Positions 21,286-34,100 of a stretch of 64,000 nucleotides of DNA are shown here, piece after piece (position 1 is the first letter of the stretch; each line of letters begins with the position of its first letter). Both the position numbers and the translations under genes were made by a program. The notes under the pieces are model-generated. The model saw only the letters and a program-made list of their open reading frames with translations. It made no database searches and was not told the origin of the DNA. The stretch comes from Epithemia pelagica. Lineage: Eukaryota; Protista; Bacillariophyta. Where the stretch lies: assembly GCA_946965045.2 (NCBI GenBank), contig OX337241.1:2604001-2668000 (forward strand), in the 5' to 3' direction.

Positions 21286-23850
21286 CTAATCTATCTCCAC
21301 TCGCATCTGGTCGCCGTAGTCAGCTTCATCAGTGGTAGACCGGGCTGAAACTAGCGGTAGCTCCTCTAGTTCACCTTCTTTGAATACCACAACTGGAGGG
21401 GTATCCTTTGGAGTGCTGAAGGTGAATCTAGCTTGGAGGCCACAGCTTCTTCGTTCGTGATAAGACATTTGGGGGACCTCGTTTAGAATACTGTCTCCCC
21501 TCATGTCCGTGCCCGTGTCTGTTTCATCATTTGAAGCATTGTTGGCGGCGGATGCGTTGGAGGGGGAGGTTGATTCCCAAGTGAAAATCGACGATTTGGA
21601 GTCCACAGATGTGGTTGACACCGGGCGGCAGATGACGACCCTTTCGTCGTCAACCGACTCATCAGTGCTGGCGTTGTTGTTGTTTTTAGGAAACCGGTGG
21701 AATCTAGGTTTATGGCGACAGGCGCCATAGACCTCGTTGCATTTGTTGATGGCCATCTTTGGAGATTTCCTGGTGAACTTTTAAATTTCGAGCCTTTCTT
21801 TTGCGCAGAGTTTGCAAGAGCGGGTGCCGAAGGTTTTGACGGTGGACAAAGGTTTTCCCTGCCGAAAAATTTCTACCTTGAGCTTGACATGGTTCTTCAT
21901 CTCCTTTCTTGGTATGTCGCGTGGGACGAAACAGGTGAAATGGCTGGCGAACGAGTCGGATTGTTTGTTGTGTAATACTAGCGCTTTCACGTCTTGGACG
22001 TACTGCTGGAGGCGCTTCTTGACGTGTTGTTGCATATTCCCGATATATTGTTTGCCAGATTGGAGACAGGTGGCTTTATACACAACGATAGAGCGTCTGC
22101 AACGGCCTCCATAGGGGCAGGCCTCTCTGTTGCGACAGTTGCAATCGAGATCTTCGAAATCAAGGGATCTTAGTCCGTCGGCGAGTTTGGCGTTTAGGTC
22201 GCCTTGGAACAGTTCCCGGACATTGTTGAATCTGTGGTATGACATAGATACCCTCAGCCAAGCCAGGGATGGGAATTTCCCTTTGATCTCTTTGATGATT
22301 TTGTGTATTGGTTTGCGCCAAAAGTCTGAGTAGCCTATTTTGAAATAGACTGCTCGTTTGCGATCGCGTTCCCTGCGTTTCTTTAGGGCTTGCGAGGCGG
22401 TGTCGTTCTTCTCTTTTTCCATTTGCTTGTTTGACATTCCAAGGGTCGGGATGGATTCTTGTTTGATTAGGTTTGCTTTGGTTAGAGTGTCGAAGTGGAC
22501 TGGGTAGATTTCCGCCAGTACTTTGTCAGCGTTCTCATCGTCGACTGTGGTGAGTTTTGTCAATCTTTTGATAACTCCACTGGGGATCGCTTTAAAACAG
22601 CCTCGAGTATGAGAACTTCCTTTGTTCAAATACTTAAGTTGTTGATTCTTCTTGACGTGGACCTTGTACTTGAGGACTTTGTTGTCGCCCCAGTACATTT
22701 CCATGTCCAGGAAGGGAAATGTGTTTGATTGTGCGATGGAGATGTTTTTGTTGTCAATTGTGGAGGTGTTGTGTTCTGAGAAAGGGTCCCAAATCACAGC
22801 TGTAAACTTTAGAAAGTTGTTACCTGCGATTTCGTTGACGTCGGTTTGGAAGGATTCTAACCAGTCCTTGATTTCTTTCGTTGACAGTTTGCCTTTGAAG
22901 ACGGCTAGGCCGTCGTCTCGGTACATTCCAAAAAGGTGCATCGGATCGAAGAGCGAATCGTAGGTTGCTTCAAGGAGGTAGGACATTACGAGATCGGCCA
23001 GCCATGCCGATTCGTATCCCCCGATGGTGAGCCCGCGTTCGGCCGGTTTCAAGTCTCCGTCGTAGAGATAGTACTCATCTTGGAAGGCAATGAGGGTGTT
23101 TGTCATGCCAAAGAAAATGAGATCTAGACAGAGGTTGATTGTGCGGTGTGTTTCTGGGGGGAGGGCGTCTGCGTAGTATAGGACTGCGTCGTAGATCAAT
23201 TGAAACTTGATTGAAGGATACATTGCTTCTGCGTCCACTGAGACGATTGTCGCGTTGGACGAGTCGAAGGACATGGCTTCTAGTTTCTCTTTGAGGTCCG
23301 AAGCTTGGACTATGTTGCGGAGGCCGTAGTCGATCTCGTACTCTTTGAAGAGGTTCTTGATTCCCAAGTACCCAATTTTGGGGAAACCGGCGGTGAAGTT
23401 GGTGGCAGGCACAACTAGACGAGTCGGGTAGTTGCCGTCTTGGTCCGGTTTTTTGTGGTCTTTTACAAGGATTTTTGGGTTTGGGATTGCTTTGGATTGC
23501 ACTTTTTCTTTGAGGAATTCTCTTTCGTCCTTGGAGATAAAGGGATCGAGTTCTTGGATGAAGGAGTTGCAGTTGTCGACGATTTCTGTCAATTTGGAGC
23601 GGGGGATAGGGACGGCACTCTTTTCAAGGTGTTTGTTGATTTCTTTGCGGTACTCGTTGGTGGACATCATGGTGAACGAGTTTGTTTTGTCCGTCGGAAT
23701 GACAACAAGGTCGTGCTCTTTGAGTTGGGTGAGCAAGTATGGCTGATCGCTGATCGCTGGTAAAAGAAAGCCGATACTCGTACTCGTAATCGTGAGCAAT
23801 AAGCAATGCGAACAGTCCAAAAGATAACTTGTTGGGGTTTCGCTTTTCAA
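21286..23850 (-). mobile_element. Penelope-like element (RT + GIY-YIG endonuclease), probably 5'-truncated, with one nonsense codon
   Basis: VVIPTDKTN, IVSVDAEAMYPSI, GLTIGG, MYRDDG, VVYKATC...KQYIG and INKCNEVYGACRHKPRFHRF. In-frame TAA at 21781-21783. Recognisable homology starts near 23750. Confidence 0.92.
21624..21670 (-). ncRNA. Hammerhead-ribozyme-like core (minimal/degenerate) in the Penelope 3' region
   Basis: CTGATGA-GTCG-GTTGA-CGAC-GAAA with a perfect 4-bp stem II. Stems I and III are weak. Confidence 0.45.
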
Positions 23851-24111
23851 TATCTTCGATCAGCATCTTCCGGCTTCATTGATATGGAAACTGGAAACTG
23901 GGCTGTCCTGATTCCCGATTCCCTATGATAGTTCCTCCGACACAGCGACCATTAGATTGTAAAAATCAGCATCAATTTGGATATTCAAAGTTCACTTTAA
24001 ATGACACGTCGACTGTCGACTTACTTAGGAGTATTTTTTGAAATTTCAAATTTCTAAATGGACTTTGAATTGTACGCATGTTATATACGTGTACTAGATA
24101 TCCATTGTTGC

Positions 24112-24417
24112 TAGAGGTTGGACCCGCACCGCGGTGCTGCGGATCGGACCCGCGGATTCGCGGTGCTGATCCCTCGCACCGCAGCGAAAAAGACTGGCGG
24201 GTCCGATCCGCACTACTCGCACCTTCGCACAGTAAAGGCGGGGTGCAGCGATTTGGTCCATTCTAGGTCTGACCGCCCGTACGTAAAATTTGTCAAGAGT
24301 ACATAAAATCCCATAATAGCGCGGAACTGCGGAACACGCGGGTAGTTGGAACCGCAAAGGCTGGGATGCGCGGTTAACCTACCCGCATCGATTTGAGCTC
24401 GCGGGTCCAACCTCTAA
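24112..24417. mobile_element. hAT-type MITE (about 305 bp)
   Basis: 16-bp TIR TAGAGGTTGGACCCGC / GCGGGTCCAACCTCTA plus one extra A. 8-bp TSD ATTGTTGC at 24104-24111 and 24418-24425. Internal ACCCGC repeats. Confidence 0.9.
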
Positions 24418-24697
24418 ATTGTTGCGTCCTACGCCCAAAGTTAAGGATTGAGGCCTTTTAATGTGACAGGGGTTCTGAGTTGATGTCGTTTGTTCAAGTT
24501 GAGATGCAATTCTTCCTGAACATTAAACTGGTGAGCTGAATAAGGCATTCACGTTCCGTATTCTGAATATTCGTAGCTCCATAAGCCAAAATCCAGCATC
24601 ATCGCGAAACCGCCATGCGAGAGAACATTCAACATTCCGCACCCTTCATTTTTCGGACCCACCACAACTTTTCGCTGAAACGATCATACTACTGGTA

Positions 24698-25796
24698 ATG
24701 TGCAAGATGAACTCCTTTGTGCGCTTTCACCATGACCATCTCTCCACTCAGAACGAGTGCTCGTGCTCTTGTACGAAAAAGGATGAAGAAGACTCGTTTG
24801 ATCGGTTTTTGGAAGAAATACTGGGCAACGACGAATCGTTCATCCTTTTCGATGATGAGAAGACGAACTTGAGAAAGGGAGCAATCGCTCGAGCTTCTGA
24901 TCCATTTCCCCATCCATCAGACATGGATTCCAGAAATGAGTTTTCTGTCTCGCATTTAAACGAATCGAATGAAGTCTTTACTGGCAATGAGCAAACTATG
25001 TTATCTACAGTTGCCTCCTCGTTGTCTTTCTCACAAACCGCACATCCTACAAGAACGATAGACGTACCACCAACTACAGCAAGTAGCATTCCATCTGGGA
25101 ACGATGAATCTCAAGGATCGAATGTCGCAAAACAAGCGTCTCAGTCAAAACCATCATTGATCAAGCCAAAACGCAACCTTACTGCGTACAACTTCTTTTT
25201 CAAGTCGGAGCGAGAAAAAACTCTTGCGAACTCTCCCGGTTCCCAATCCCAAAAAGAAGCCCAAGCATTCTCATGGAAAGATTGGCTTTGCAGAAATGGC
25301 TCGTACCATATCACTGCGCTGGAGACAGACGACACTTGAAGAACGAAAAGTGTTTTAATCCATGGCGTCCATGGATCGACAACGATACGACCTAGAAATG
25401 ACCCAGTACAGGCACCAGGTATCACAAGCTTTAGAAGATGCTTCTAACATGGAAGGCCATTCCGCCATTGATCCTAGAGTAGAGGCTGAATCAGGAACAA
25501 GGGACTATTCTGACTATGCCGAAATGAGCCAAGAGGAGTCGAATAATCCAGAAACAGATGCCAAGCCGCCTTCTGTCCACCATACAAAAGAAAATGAAGA
25601 TGAACCAAGAAATACTACTGGTTTCAGCAACATTTCTTCTGTGACCCTGCCTGTCGCATCAGGAACAACTGGTTTCCAGCACTCAAGTTCCGAAAGTCGA
25701 ACTCAAAGCCCGAATGCGATTTTTGAAACTTGTTCAAGCACATCATATGACGCCAACGAATTCGAATTCGAGCCATTGCCGCTGCAAGGGGAATGA
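24698..25796 (+). pseudogene. HMG-box protein gene, frameshifted and with a premature stop
   Basis: KPKRNLTAYNFFFKSERE, then in a shifted frame HGKIGFAEMARTISLRW...ERKVF*SMASMDRQRY. Frameshift about 25240-25255; TAA at 25356-25358. Confidence 0.82.
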
Positions 25797-26182
25797 GTCT
25801 TCCTCTCTTTTGCCATTAAGTTTGAGTCACAGGTGACTCCACAAACACTCTTCTTGACCATTTTGACTGTTCATCTCTCGACTGGGAATTTTCCGGGGTC
25901 GTAAATTTTGTCCCATATAAAAGTCAGAACTTGAACACTTATATTCCGTGTCCACTATTCTCTCTAGCCATTATCAATCATAGCCAAACCTCTACGCTGC
26001 CAACTTTATATAGAAACCAAAACCAAAGGTCTGGTTCCTGGATTGTAGAAATGGTTGTGCTGCGATCCTCATGACACGGAGTGGGGACTTCATCATTGGC
26101 AAACCAACGCCACGCGTGGAAAGCCAACCTTGAAAATATCACCAGTCCATTGAAACATCGACTGTCAGAAGATTTGCAGTGA

Positions 26183-28462
26183 CTAGGAATAAAAATGAAG
26201 AATCACATTGTCAATTTCGAGTCGACAGATCGGACACCCCAATTTCTGTGCTTGTATGATGCGAGCACATTCCAAACAGCAACAGATATGCCCTGTTTGA
26301 CCATGAATCATGGTGGCATTGGCCACCTTGTCTTCACAGCACATGCACAATCGCGCAGTTTGCGGCATCGACGATACTGGTTGGTGAGTGTTGGTAGCGG
26401 TGTCCACCGACTCTGATGAGGCCGAGGATGAAGATGAGATTGACTCCCCTCCGACCGAGGAGATTTCGGTTGTAGAAGCCGATGTAGTAGTTGCCGTAGG
26501 TGCAGTATGAAGGGGAGAGTGGCTAATTTCGGGCGTTGTTGCTGTGCTGGACAACGCTGGTGGGGTTGGATCCTCGGCAACATGTAAATCAGCAACGAGA
26601 GGAACAGATGAGAAGGACAAAGACGCTGGAGGGATAGGTCTGGTCCATTTCAAATGGTTTTGCCAGTGGTAGAGACCAGGTGTTGCTGGATCGAAGGTTG
26701 CATCAATTTCTCCGGTAGGTTCCAAAATAAACGACGCAGGAGAAAGGCTCTCAGTACTTCGAGGCAACCAGGACAATGTGCGTTTACTCGTCCGTCCACT
26801 ACTTTGTGCCATGTCCGTGTGAATGTTGACGGGTCCATTGATATGCAGACTGGCAAAGGCATGTGGTGCAAGTTGCAGACGAGGGAGACAATTCCGTGCA
26901 GGGAACTCGGTAAAGTTTCGTGCCAATACGGGTACGGTAGCACCGACAATCCCAAATGTTCGAACTACAGCACTGGAGAGTTCTATTTCCTTCCGGACCG
27001 TACACGGCTGTCGAATCTGAAACCAGACTGGTACTGCCATGGGGACCGGTTGCAAAATGGCTCCTCGTTGACCTGCCATGGGATTCAGAAACTGGGAGCA
27101 CCATCCTTCGATTTGTTGGGGCGAGTCGGAAGCATCATGGGTCACTATACTGGCACGCACCAGGAGGCGTGACAATCCAACGGCATTGACGACTTTGCGC
27201 AACACTTGAACCTGAGTGCCAAAGGGAAGAATGCACAACTGACTGGTGTTGAGATCCAGTCCTTGACGAACAATTGCACCGTCATGATAGGTGACTTTCC
27301 ACCACCAGCAACACGAGGCTCTCTCTTGGTTCGAATGCTGTTCAGCATATCTTCTACCCAATTGATGTTCTTTTCTCTGCGGCTGCTCCATACCAGTAAA
27401 AAGAGAAGACGTGGGCAATCCAGGTGACAAGACCGAATATCCATCCACACTAAAGAGAATGTATCCTTCAAGGGGTGATTCAGTGTGCAAATACTGAATC
27501 CGACCTGGCCGAGGACAATGTTCTGGAACAATGCGTTCGTTTCCATCAAAGTAGGTACATTGGCCAATATATTTGAAACTGTGATCACCTGGGGTGGTTT
27601 CCAGTTCAAAAGTATGAAGCGCCAGAGCAACCACTGTGGTTCCCGGTGGCAAGCTCGGTGGATCCATGTCCTTTTCTTCGTGTGAAGAAGGGCGCGGACA
27701 GGGCCGGGTCGAAAACACCCGCAATTGAGCGGTACGAGGACAGAGCCACCAACGGTGGGGTGGTCGCCCCTGTGGTTTCGTCAAGCTGAGCAAAATGGGA
27801 ATTTTGGGAGCCCTTGCGTTCCGTGACGAACATGTTTCTTGATGCTGCCGAGCAGCAGCGAGCCACTCGACAGCCATCCGCGTCGACCAGGTGACTCTCT
27901 CTTCCTTCCATATGGTAATGGCTTGTTGGACCATCCAGTCTTGTCGTTGCTCCTGAGCATTGATAGCATCGGTGGTTCCGGATTCCGTTTCGAGTTCGTC
28001 GTACGCTTGTTCTTCCTCCACCAACACATAGGAATCTTCAGTGGGAGGGGGAGCCTCTGCGCGACTGACACTCCGTGATCGGAACGGTTGCAGTGGTGCT
28101 GCTGTAGCCGAAGACGGAACCATTATCGAACTGCCGGTAGTATTAGCCGACCGTGAGGAAGAGGAGGTCGTCGTTGTTGTTCTCAAGTATCGAGAGGGTA
28201 TGCCTTGTCCCAAAAACGTTTGTGGAAAGGGAGACAACGACGCCAAACTTGGTGGTGGAAGCAATCTCGTTCTTGCTCGGATTGGACTCGTCTCTTCTTC
28301 TTGAATCAAAGGTGCTTCACCGTCTTGCGATAGGTGCTGAAAGTCGGGTGCCACATTGATGGTATTCAAGAGACCATCTCCTGGAATTCCTTGCAAAATG
28401 ACAAAACTTCCAGGAATTTGAATGTTTCGCTCCCATACCAAGTCAGTGGTTTGAGGATTCAT
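26183..28462 (-). CDS. C3HC4 RING-finger (MDM2/XBAT-like) protein, putative E3 ligase, 759 aa
   Basis: C-terminal CMCC...HGQTGHICCCLECA...CPICR. Central WKVTYHDGAIVRQGLDL...LPFGTQV segment resembles SH3-like repeats of stramenopiles. Confidence 0.85.
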   Translation of the reverse strand: MNPQTTDLVWERNIQIPGSFVILQGIPGDGLLNTINVAPDFQHLSQDGEAPLIQEEETSPIRARTRLLPPPSLASLSPFPQTFLGQGIPSRYLRTTTTTSSSSRSANTTGSSIMVPSSATAAPLQPFRSRSVSRAEAPPPTEDSYVLVEEEQAYDELETESGTTDAINAQEQRQDWMVQQAITIWKEERVTWSTRMAVEWLAAARQHQETCSSRNARAPKIPILLSLTKPQGRPPHRWWLCPRTAQLRVFSTRPCPRPSSHEEKDMDPPSLPPGTTVVALALHTFELETTPGDHSFKYIGQCTYFDGNERIVPEHCPRPGRIQYLHTESPLEGYILFSVDGYSVLSPGLPTSSLFTGMEQPQRKEHQLGRRYAEQHSNQERASCCWWWKVTYHDGAIVRQGLDLNTSQLCILPFGTQVQVLRKVVNAVGLSRLLVRASIVTHDASDSPQQIEGWCSQFLNPMAGQRGAILQPVPMAVPVWFQIRQPCTVRKEIELSSAVVRTFGIVGATVPVLARNFTEFPARNCLPRLQLAPHAFASLHINGPVNIHTDMAQSSGRTSKRTLSWLPRSTESLSPASFILEPTGEIDATFDPATPGLYHWQNHLKWTRPIPPASLSFSSVPLVADLHVAEDPTPPALSSTATTPEISHSPLHTAPTATTTSASTTEISSVGGESISSSSSASSESVDTATNTHQPVSSMPQTARLCMCCEDKVANATMIHGQTGHICCCLECARIIQAQKLGCPICRLEIDNVILHFYS

Positions 28463-30239
28463 GATTGTGAAATCGAATGTGTGATGGGTGATGGCTCAAT
28501 GCACCTTTTCTCACTGAGCGTGCAACGAAATTGGAAGAAGGAGGAGCCTTGGTTCAGAAGGCCAATCAGCACCCCCAAACGCACCACTTCAGAATGTCAA
28601 ACAATGGTAGCAGAAACTTTTAAATCCTTCCTTTCTCAAAGGAAGATGATCGACTTGCTTACTCCTTCCCTCACTATGATATGGAACCAACAAATGGAGA
28701 ACACTACAACTCTTCTGCAGGTCCTTGCAAATAAGCATCCAACGATCAATCGAACCCCTTGAGACTTGGTTCGGTACAGTCCTTGATTCTCTTGTTTCTT
28801 TAGTTCTTGCGAAGCTGAATGGATTCGTTGCTGGGGTAAGAAAGGAGCAAGCAAAGAGCAAGAAATCCTCCAGCTTTGGAAGAAAGTTCACAGCAATGAC
28901 ACAGACCAAGAAACCGCAGAATGGTCCGTTTGCACGCTCCTCCGGCGTCTCGCCAACGAGAGAAGGGTGAGATTGCAAGGGGTGTCACCCAATCCAGAAC
29001 AGAAAATAATAATTCAATGCCATGTTCTTTCCAGCCGTGTTTGTTGTTGGCAGCGGAGTTCTCTGTTTTGTGTCATGTCAGCATTTGAATAGTCGCGCTT
29101 AGACCGCTTACAGAGCGCCGTCTTGCTACCTCTTACAATGTCGTATCCAAATGCTATGCACCCTATGGTAGTGTTTAGGAGTAGGAGTAGTTGAGAAGAC
29201 CTCTATACTCCTACTCCTAGTGTTTTGTTGAGAAGATAGACGACTTGGCAGCATTCATGCATCCTGCGCACCATGTATGAAACAAAGGTTGATAGTAAGT
29301 AGAAGCCGTGAAAAAAGAAAAGACTGTATCTAACGTCTGTTACTTTGTCAGAAACGGTCAAGAGCAATCACTCCATAAAGACAGAAAGCTCGTCTGAAAT
29401 CTTGGGAATTACAAGAAGTATTAGGAGTACACAGCTATGTACAAGCCGAGCCAAATCACTTTCATGATCGTCTCGAAAGGAACCGTATTTCCTTTGCTTT
29501 GAACTGCACGGACTGTCATACATTCGGAACATCTGTCCAGCCTTGTGCCAGTTTCTCTTTTCGACGAACCGGGTTCACACTTCACACACAAAGATGAGGA
29601 CAAATGGATCGCAGCCAGTGGAACAGGCAAACATTGCTGTTCTCGATGGAAACTCGGTTCACTTTCGACAAGACCGAGTCGCACAGGAATCTTCTCCATG
29701 GCTACGGTAGCTAGGTAGGAGAGTACAAAGGTTAGTTGGCCACAGATGCAAGGGATGCTTTCGGCATTGTTGCGTATCCAGTCCCGTCTGTTTGTGGGGG
29801 AGCTCTCCCACGAGATTATCGAATCGGAGAGGCGACTTGGGGGCAGTGGGCAATACTATGAAGAATATTATGTTGGTGTAGTAAGAGTGTTAATTATTAT
29901 TGCTTGATGTCTGTACAAGGGAATTGAAAACCTGTGAAATCGATAGCGGTACTAACGGGCAGTGTCCGGAGTCCGGACTGTCCTCTTCGGTCTACTCCGC
30001 TAAAATCTGAGGATGGAACCTCTTCTTGGAAATCTTATGGGAAGTCAGTCGCAGAGTACAGGAGGTACTCTATTACCAGGGTTGAGTCATGAGTGTGTGG
30101 ATCCGTTTGCAACTGCTCCCACAAATCTGAAGCACCAACGGATCTATCCAAAGCTGTAAATTCGCTCTCCCAATTCACAGCCATGGCATCTTTGCCATAA
30201 AAACGAAGAACCATAAAACAGAATCACGAGAATTCCGCA

Positions 30240-30989
30240 ATGGTTTTGTTTGGATCCTCCCAGAACTGCCCGCCACTGATGGTGGCCAATGGCGATGACG
30301 AGAAACAAAAAATGACGATGATGCTGTTCGACCCGGCCCTCAAGCAAGTGGAACCCACACCCCTTTTGCCCAAGCAAAGCCAAGACAAAACAAGATGTGT
30401 GAGCCCAACCATTCGACCAAGATCACCCGGTCTACGGGTAAGGTTTGAAGATTCACCGAGTGATTACTGGCAATGCTCGTGTCAAGTACACGACGTCGAT
30501 CCAATGACCATGTGGTTTCACCAAGCCGACTACATCAACTTTCGAAGAACGTGCATTGAAGATGCTCGTCAAGTAATTCGACAATGCCGACAAAGCAAGA
30601 ATCGAGCCGTAGGGTCTATTCGAAAGGCCTACGAAAAGTTCAAGGATTCCTCCTCCACCACCAATGACGTCATGTCATTGGAACAAGATTCGTCCTTGAT
30701 TGGCATGGAAGTGAACTATCACAACTGTATCAATGTTATTGGAATTGAAAAATTGTTGGCCAAAGAAACCTACCACGACAAGAAACGAAGACGCCTTTGT
30801 ATTCTGAACGCAGTGCATGAAATTCAAACAGAAAACTTTCCCACCAGCATGAGGCCCGATGTTTTGAGACAATTATGTCACATCATCAGTGGGCCGTCCA
30901 GATTATTTGCCGAATATCTTGGTGCGGCTGCCGCCGCCTCTTTATCCACCTTCCCAACATCAAGCGGTGAAGCCGAAAGATTTCTATAG
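30240..30989 (+). CDS. Diatom-type hypothetical protein (249 aa)
   Basis: Intact ORF with VRF...MWFHQADY..F...GIEKLL...RRR...AV...IISGPSRLFA pattern, common in diatom uncharacterised families. Confidence 0.65.
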   Translation: MVLFGSSQNCPPLMVANGDDEKQKMTMMLFDPALKQVEPTPLLPKQSQDKTRCVSPTIRPRSPGLRVRFEDSPSDYWQCSCQVHDVDPMTMWFHQADYINFRRTCIEDARQVIRQCRQSKNRAVGSIRKAYEKFKDSSSTTNDVMSLEQDSSLIGMEVNYHNCINVIGIEKLLAKETYHDKKRRRLCILNAVHEIQTENFPTSMRPDVLRQLCHIISGPSRLFAEYLGAAAAASLSTFPTSSGEAERFL

Positions 30990-31140
30990 CAGATTATTGC
31001 GCCGTGTGGCCTAAACTCCAAACCGCTAGCAAAAAAGTTGGCTCTAAGGGGTTTTGATAGGAAAGGATACAAAGCTTGAGCTCCATATAGAGATAAACGA
31101 CAACTTGAATGCTGTAGATCCTTGGTTCATTAGAATTCGA

Positions 31141-34100
31141 TCACTCTTCTGTCGCTAGTTCCACGGTTGCATCTTTTTCGCTCGTTTCAGCTCGGAGGGT
31201 AGTTTCTATCCCTTGATCTGATGTAGCGTCATCCTTCGTGCTTTCTGTTTGCAATCTTGTTCCTGGAGTTCCTTCTTCTTCCTGATCATTTTTTTCTTTG
31301 TCTTCGTCGTCTTGTCCGGAGGACGCATACTCTTCTTCAATTTTGCTCTTCGATACTGTCCCCGAGAGCTGGCTCAGCATGCCCGTAGAGTTCTCGGACT
31401 CTTTCCTGTTTCTCGAAAAAACACTTCTTCTGCTGGAGTTGGAGTGGTCGAGGCTACCAATCGACGACGAAAGGCGCCGAGCCACTTCGTGAACAGCTTT
31501 CGCTTCCTTGTAACGAAGCCATGCATTGGAGATGACTTCCACTGAAAGCTCGACCTTTTTCAACAATCTTAACTGCCACATTTGATCACGGATGTTGGCT
31601 CCACTAACTGGAGAAGCTGTTGTTGCCACGCGCATAATGGAGTGGGTTCGATCCATGCGGTATCGTAACAGTCCAAACGAGATTCTTTCAAAGAATGTTT
31701 CAACACGACGCCCCATTTGGTGAAACATGACCGCCATGGAGACAAACCGCTGCACACTCCCAATGCGGCTTTCATACAATTCCATTGCATGGTGCTGGCG
31801 ACGTGCGACAGAAAAGTCTAGAGAGCGCCCAGATTTACCCGAGTTGTATTTGCGCAGTGTCTCACCAAAATACTTCTCACGAGACGGTTCAATTTGAATG
31901 TTGCCTCGTATATCTCTCATACTTGGTGGAATCTTGAATCCGGATGACATGTCCGGATTTTGGAGCAACAGAGTGTGAAACTCTTCATAATCCAACGCCC
32001 CGCTGTTATCTACGTCTGCAATGTTGAATAGATGACGAAGCTCTTCAATTGTGTATTCGCTACCAGTTTAAAGAAGTCCCCATCCATTGATATATTCTTC
32101 TTCGGACACTAGGCCATCTTTGTCCAAATCCAGGATTTCAAAAAGATTCCGAGTTTCGTCTGACCATTTCTTTTCTTCGATGGCGGAAGTCATTATCATT
32201 TCAATCGACCAGTCTGCTGACTTGGATTTCCTGTACCACCATTCTTACCACTCTCCTCGAACGCTCTGGTGGATGCTTGAGATGAATACTTGATTCACGA
32301 TGCCGACTTAAGGCAAATGGATCCACATGTTGGGCCACATTCGAACTGGAAGTGCCATCTTTAGCAAAATCCGACTCAAGTAAGACACGTTCCGAAAGAA
32401 ACAAAGGGCGTTTCCGTTTGAGAAAAATTCCGTGCTTACTTAGCGGAAGCTTGAACGGGTTGTGCTGCACCAAGAATACACGAGAGTTATGCCCATTTGA
32501 TCGTATTGCCATAGGAACAAAGATTTCAACACCACTCACTCCTATTGTGATACTCTCGCAGGTTCCTCCATACGACTGGATAGAGGACGCTTGGTTCACA
32601 GAGAGACAAACCGAAGCCTCCGCAGTCGTCAATGCTGATAGTTGTCCATCTGGCCTCCACAAACTAGCAACGTTCCCCTTGTCACTCGATGAGTGTGTCG
32701 ATGCACCAAATGATCCGAAGGATTCCCACTCAACACGTTCAATCCTGCAATACTGTACGACACGGCAAATATCTTGGACAGAAAGGCTTCGGCACATTGA
32801 GCTACCCAAGGAATGTCACCAATCACGACTGTTCTTCCCACCATGCGGTGACGGAGATTTCGGCGTTGGAGAATACGCAGCAGCATAATATTGATTTGTG
32901 GCATCCAAAAATACAGCGCTGCGTCGATCGTGCGTATTGCGTAAATCCAGTCATTCGAGTCATCTAGCCCGGCGGCATGGGCAATGGCATATGCAAGAGG
33001 GAAACCGGATATTACAGTCACAAAGATGTAGACGAAGGTCATCATGTACGCTCTTGCATTTTCCAGAACATGGTCGGCCCAAACGTCGCCAGCTTTCCGT
33101 AATTCCGATTCGACAATGTCTTTGTGCTCGATCCTCAAGCCGTGGTGGCTAACTCCAACAATTTCACTGAGAGCTTCCAGGTTGTCTCTGTTACAGCGCT
33201 CCAAGATTTGCAAGTCCTGCTCCGATATTGTCGCACCGGTAGTTTGCCGATAGCGCATATCGCTGATGATCAAAACAGAAATATACTCAAAAAGGTTGGT
33301 CAACAGTTGATGAGTAGCAACCACTGATATCTGCAAATACCAACATAATTCGGTGTAAGTTCCAATGCAACACAAGAAAAAATGAAATCATAGGGTTGTC
33401 TTACAGAGCAGGGTTCGGCTGGACGGAAACCAACTTCGGTCGTGAATATCCGACTGCGGAACAGTCGTTCCATGGAGGCATCCGCGTTTTTCTCTGTAGC
33501 ATCCATGGCCCGGAGCTGGTTTCCAATGTTTGTATCCCATTCGGACGTGACCGTAAAGATTTCTTTTGTCGAACTTTGCAACAGATTGCTGCAGGCTAGA
33601 GCGGCAAACGATGCACCACTGTGGCTGACAATAATGACCACAGTATCCGTAAGGTCCAGCGTTTTGGCCGACTCCGGAAAGCCAAAGGCTGGCACCGGAA
33701 CGTCTTGACCAAACAGACCAAGTAGTTTGTTGCTGCTGATTGCCTTGGTAACGAGTTTGGGGAATGAGTTTTGAATATCACTGGCAAATTGTTCGGCCAA
33801 CCAAAGGGACACTTCACATCCCGTCATGAGAATATCGACCGCTTGACTGCTCCGCTTCCCTTAGACACGGGCATCTAGCAACCGCCGTAGCGCTCGCGAT
33901 AATGTGTGAGCCGTCAGACGATTCATACTGGTGGCCGCCCGATTGGAATGCCAATCCTCTTGAATATTCGCACAAACTCGAGGAATATCCTCAATGTCCC
34001 TCAAAATCAAATCTCGACATCCATCATCTTCCGGCAAGGGTTTGACTTTCCGATTGCGGGACAGTCGTACCATGCGATGATAGATTTGCTTGTCATCCGC

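Noticed and set aside
21180-21340. Second hammerhead (CGAAAC...GTC plus a distant CTGATGA)
   Set aside because: The core elements are about 130 nt apart without a proper stem II junction.
29421-29699. MYND-finger-like remnant (CVKC...RCSEC)
   Set aside because: The downstream YC...CQ...W...H ligands are missing and there is no supporting gene structure, so it is too weak to call.
1765-33863. Six premature stops in unrelated ORFs are all TAA, raising possible stop-codon reassignment
   Set aside because: TAA also ends intact genes (43474, 45701, 54556). The residues expected at the lesions differ (Leu, Glu/Gln, His/Asn), and frameshifts co-occur, so ordinary decay is sufficient.
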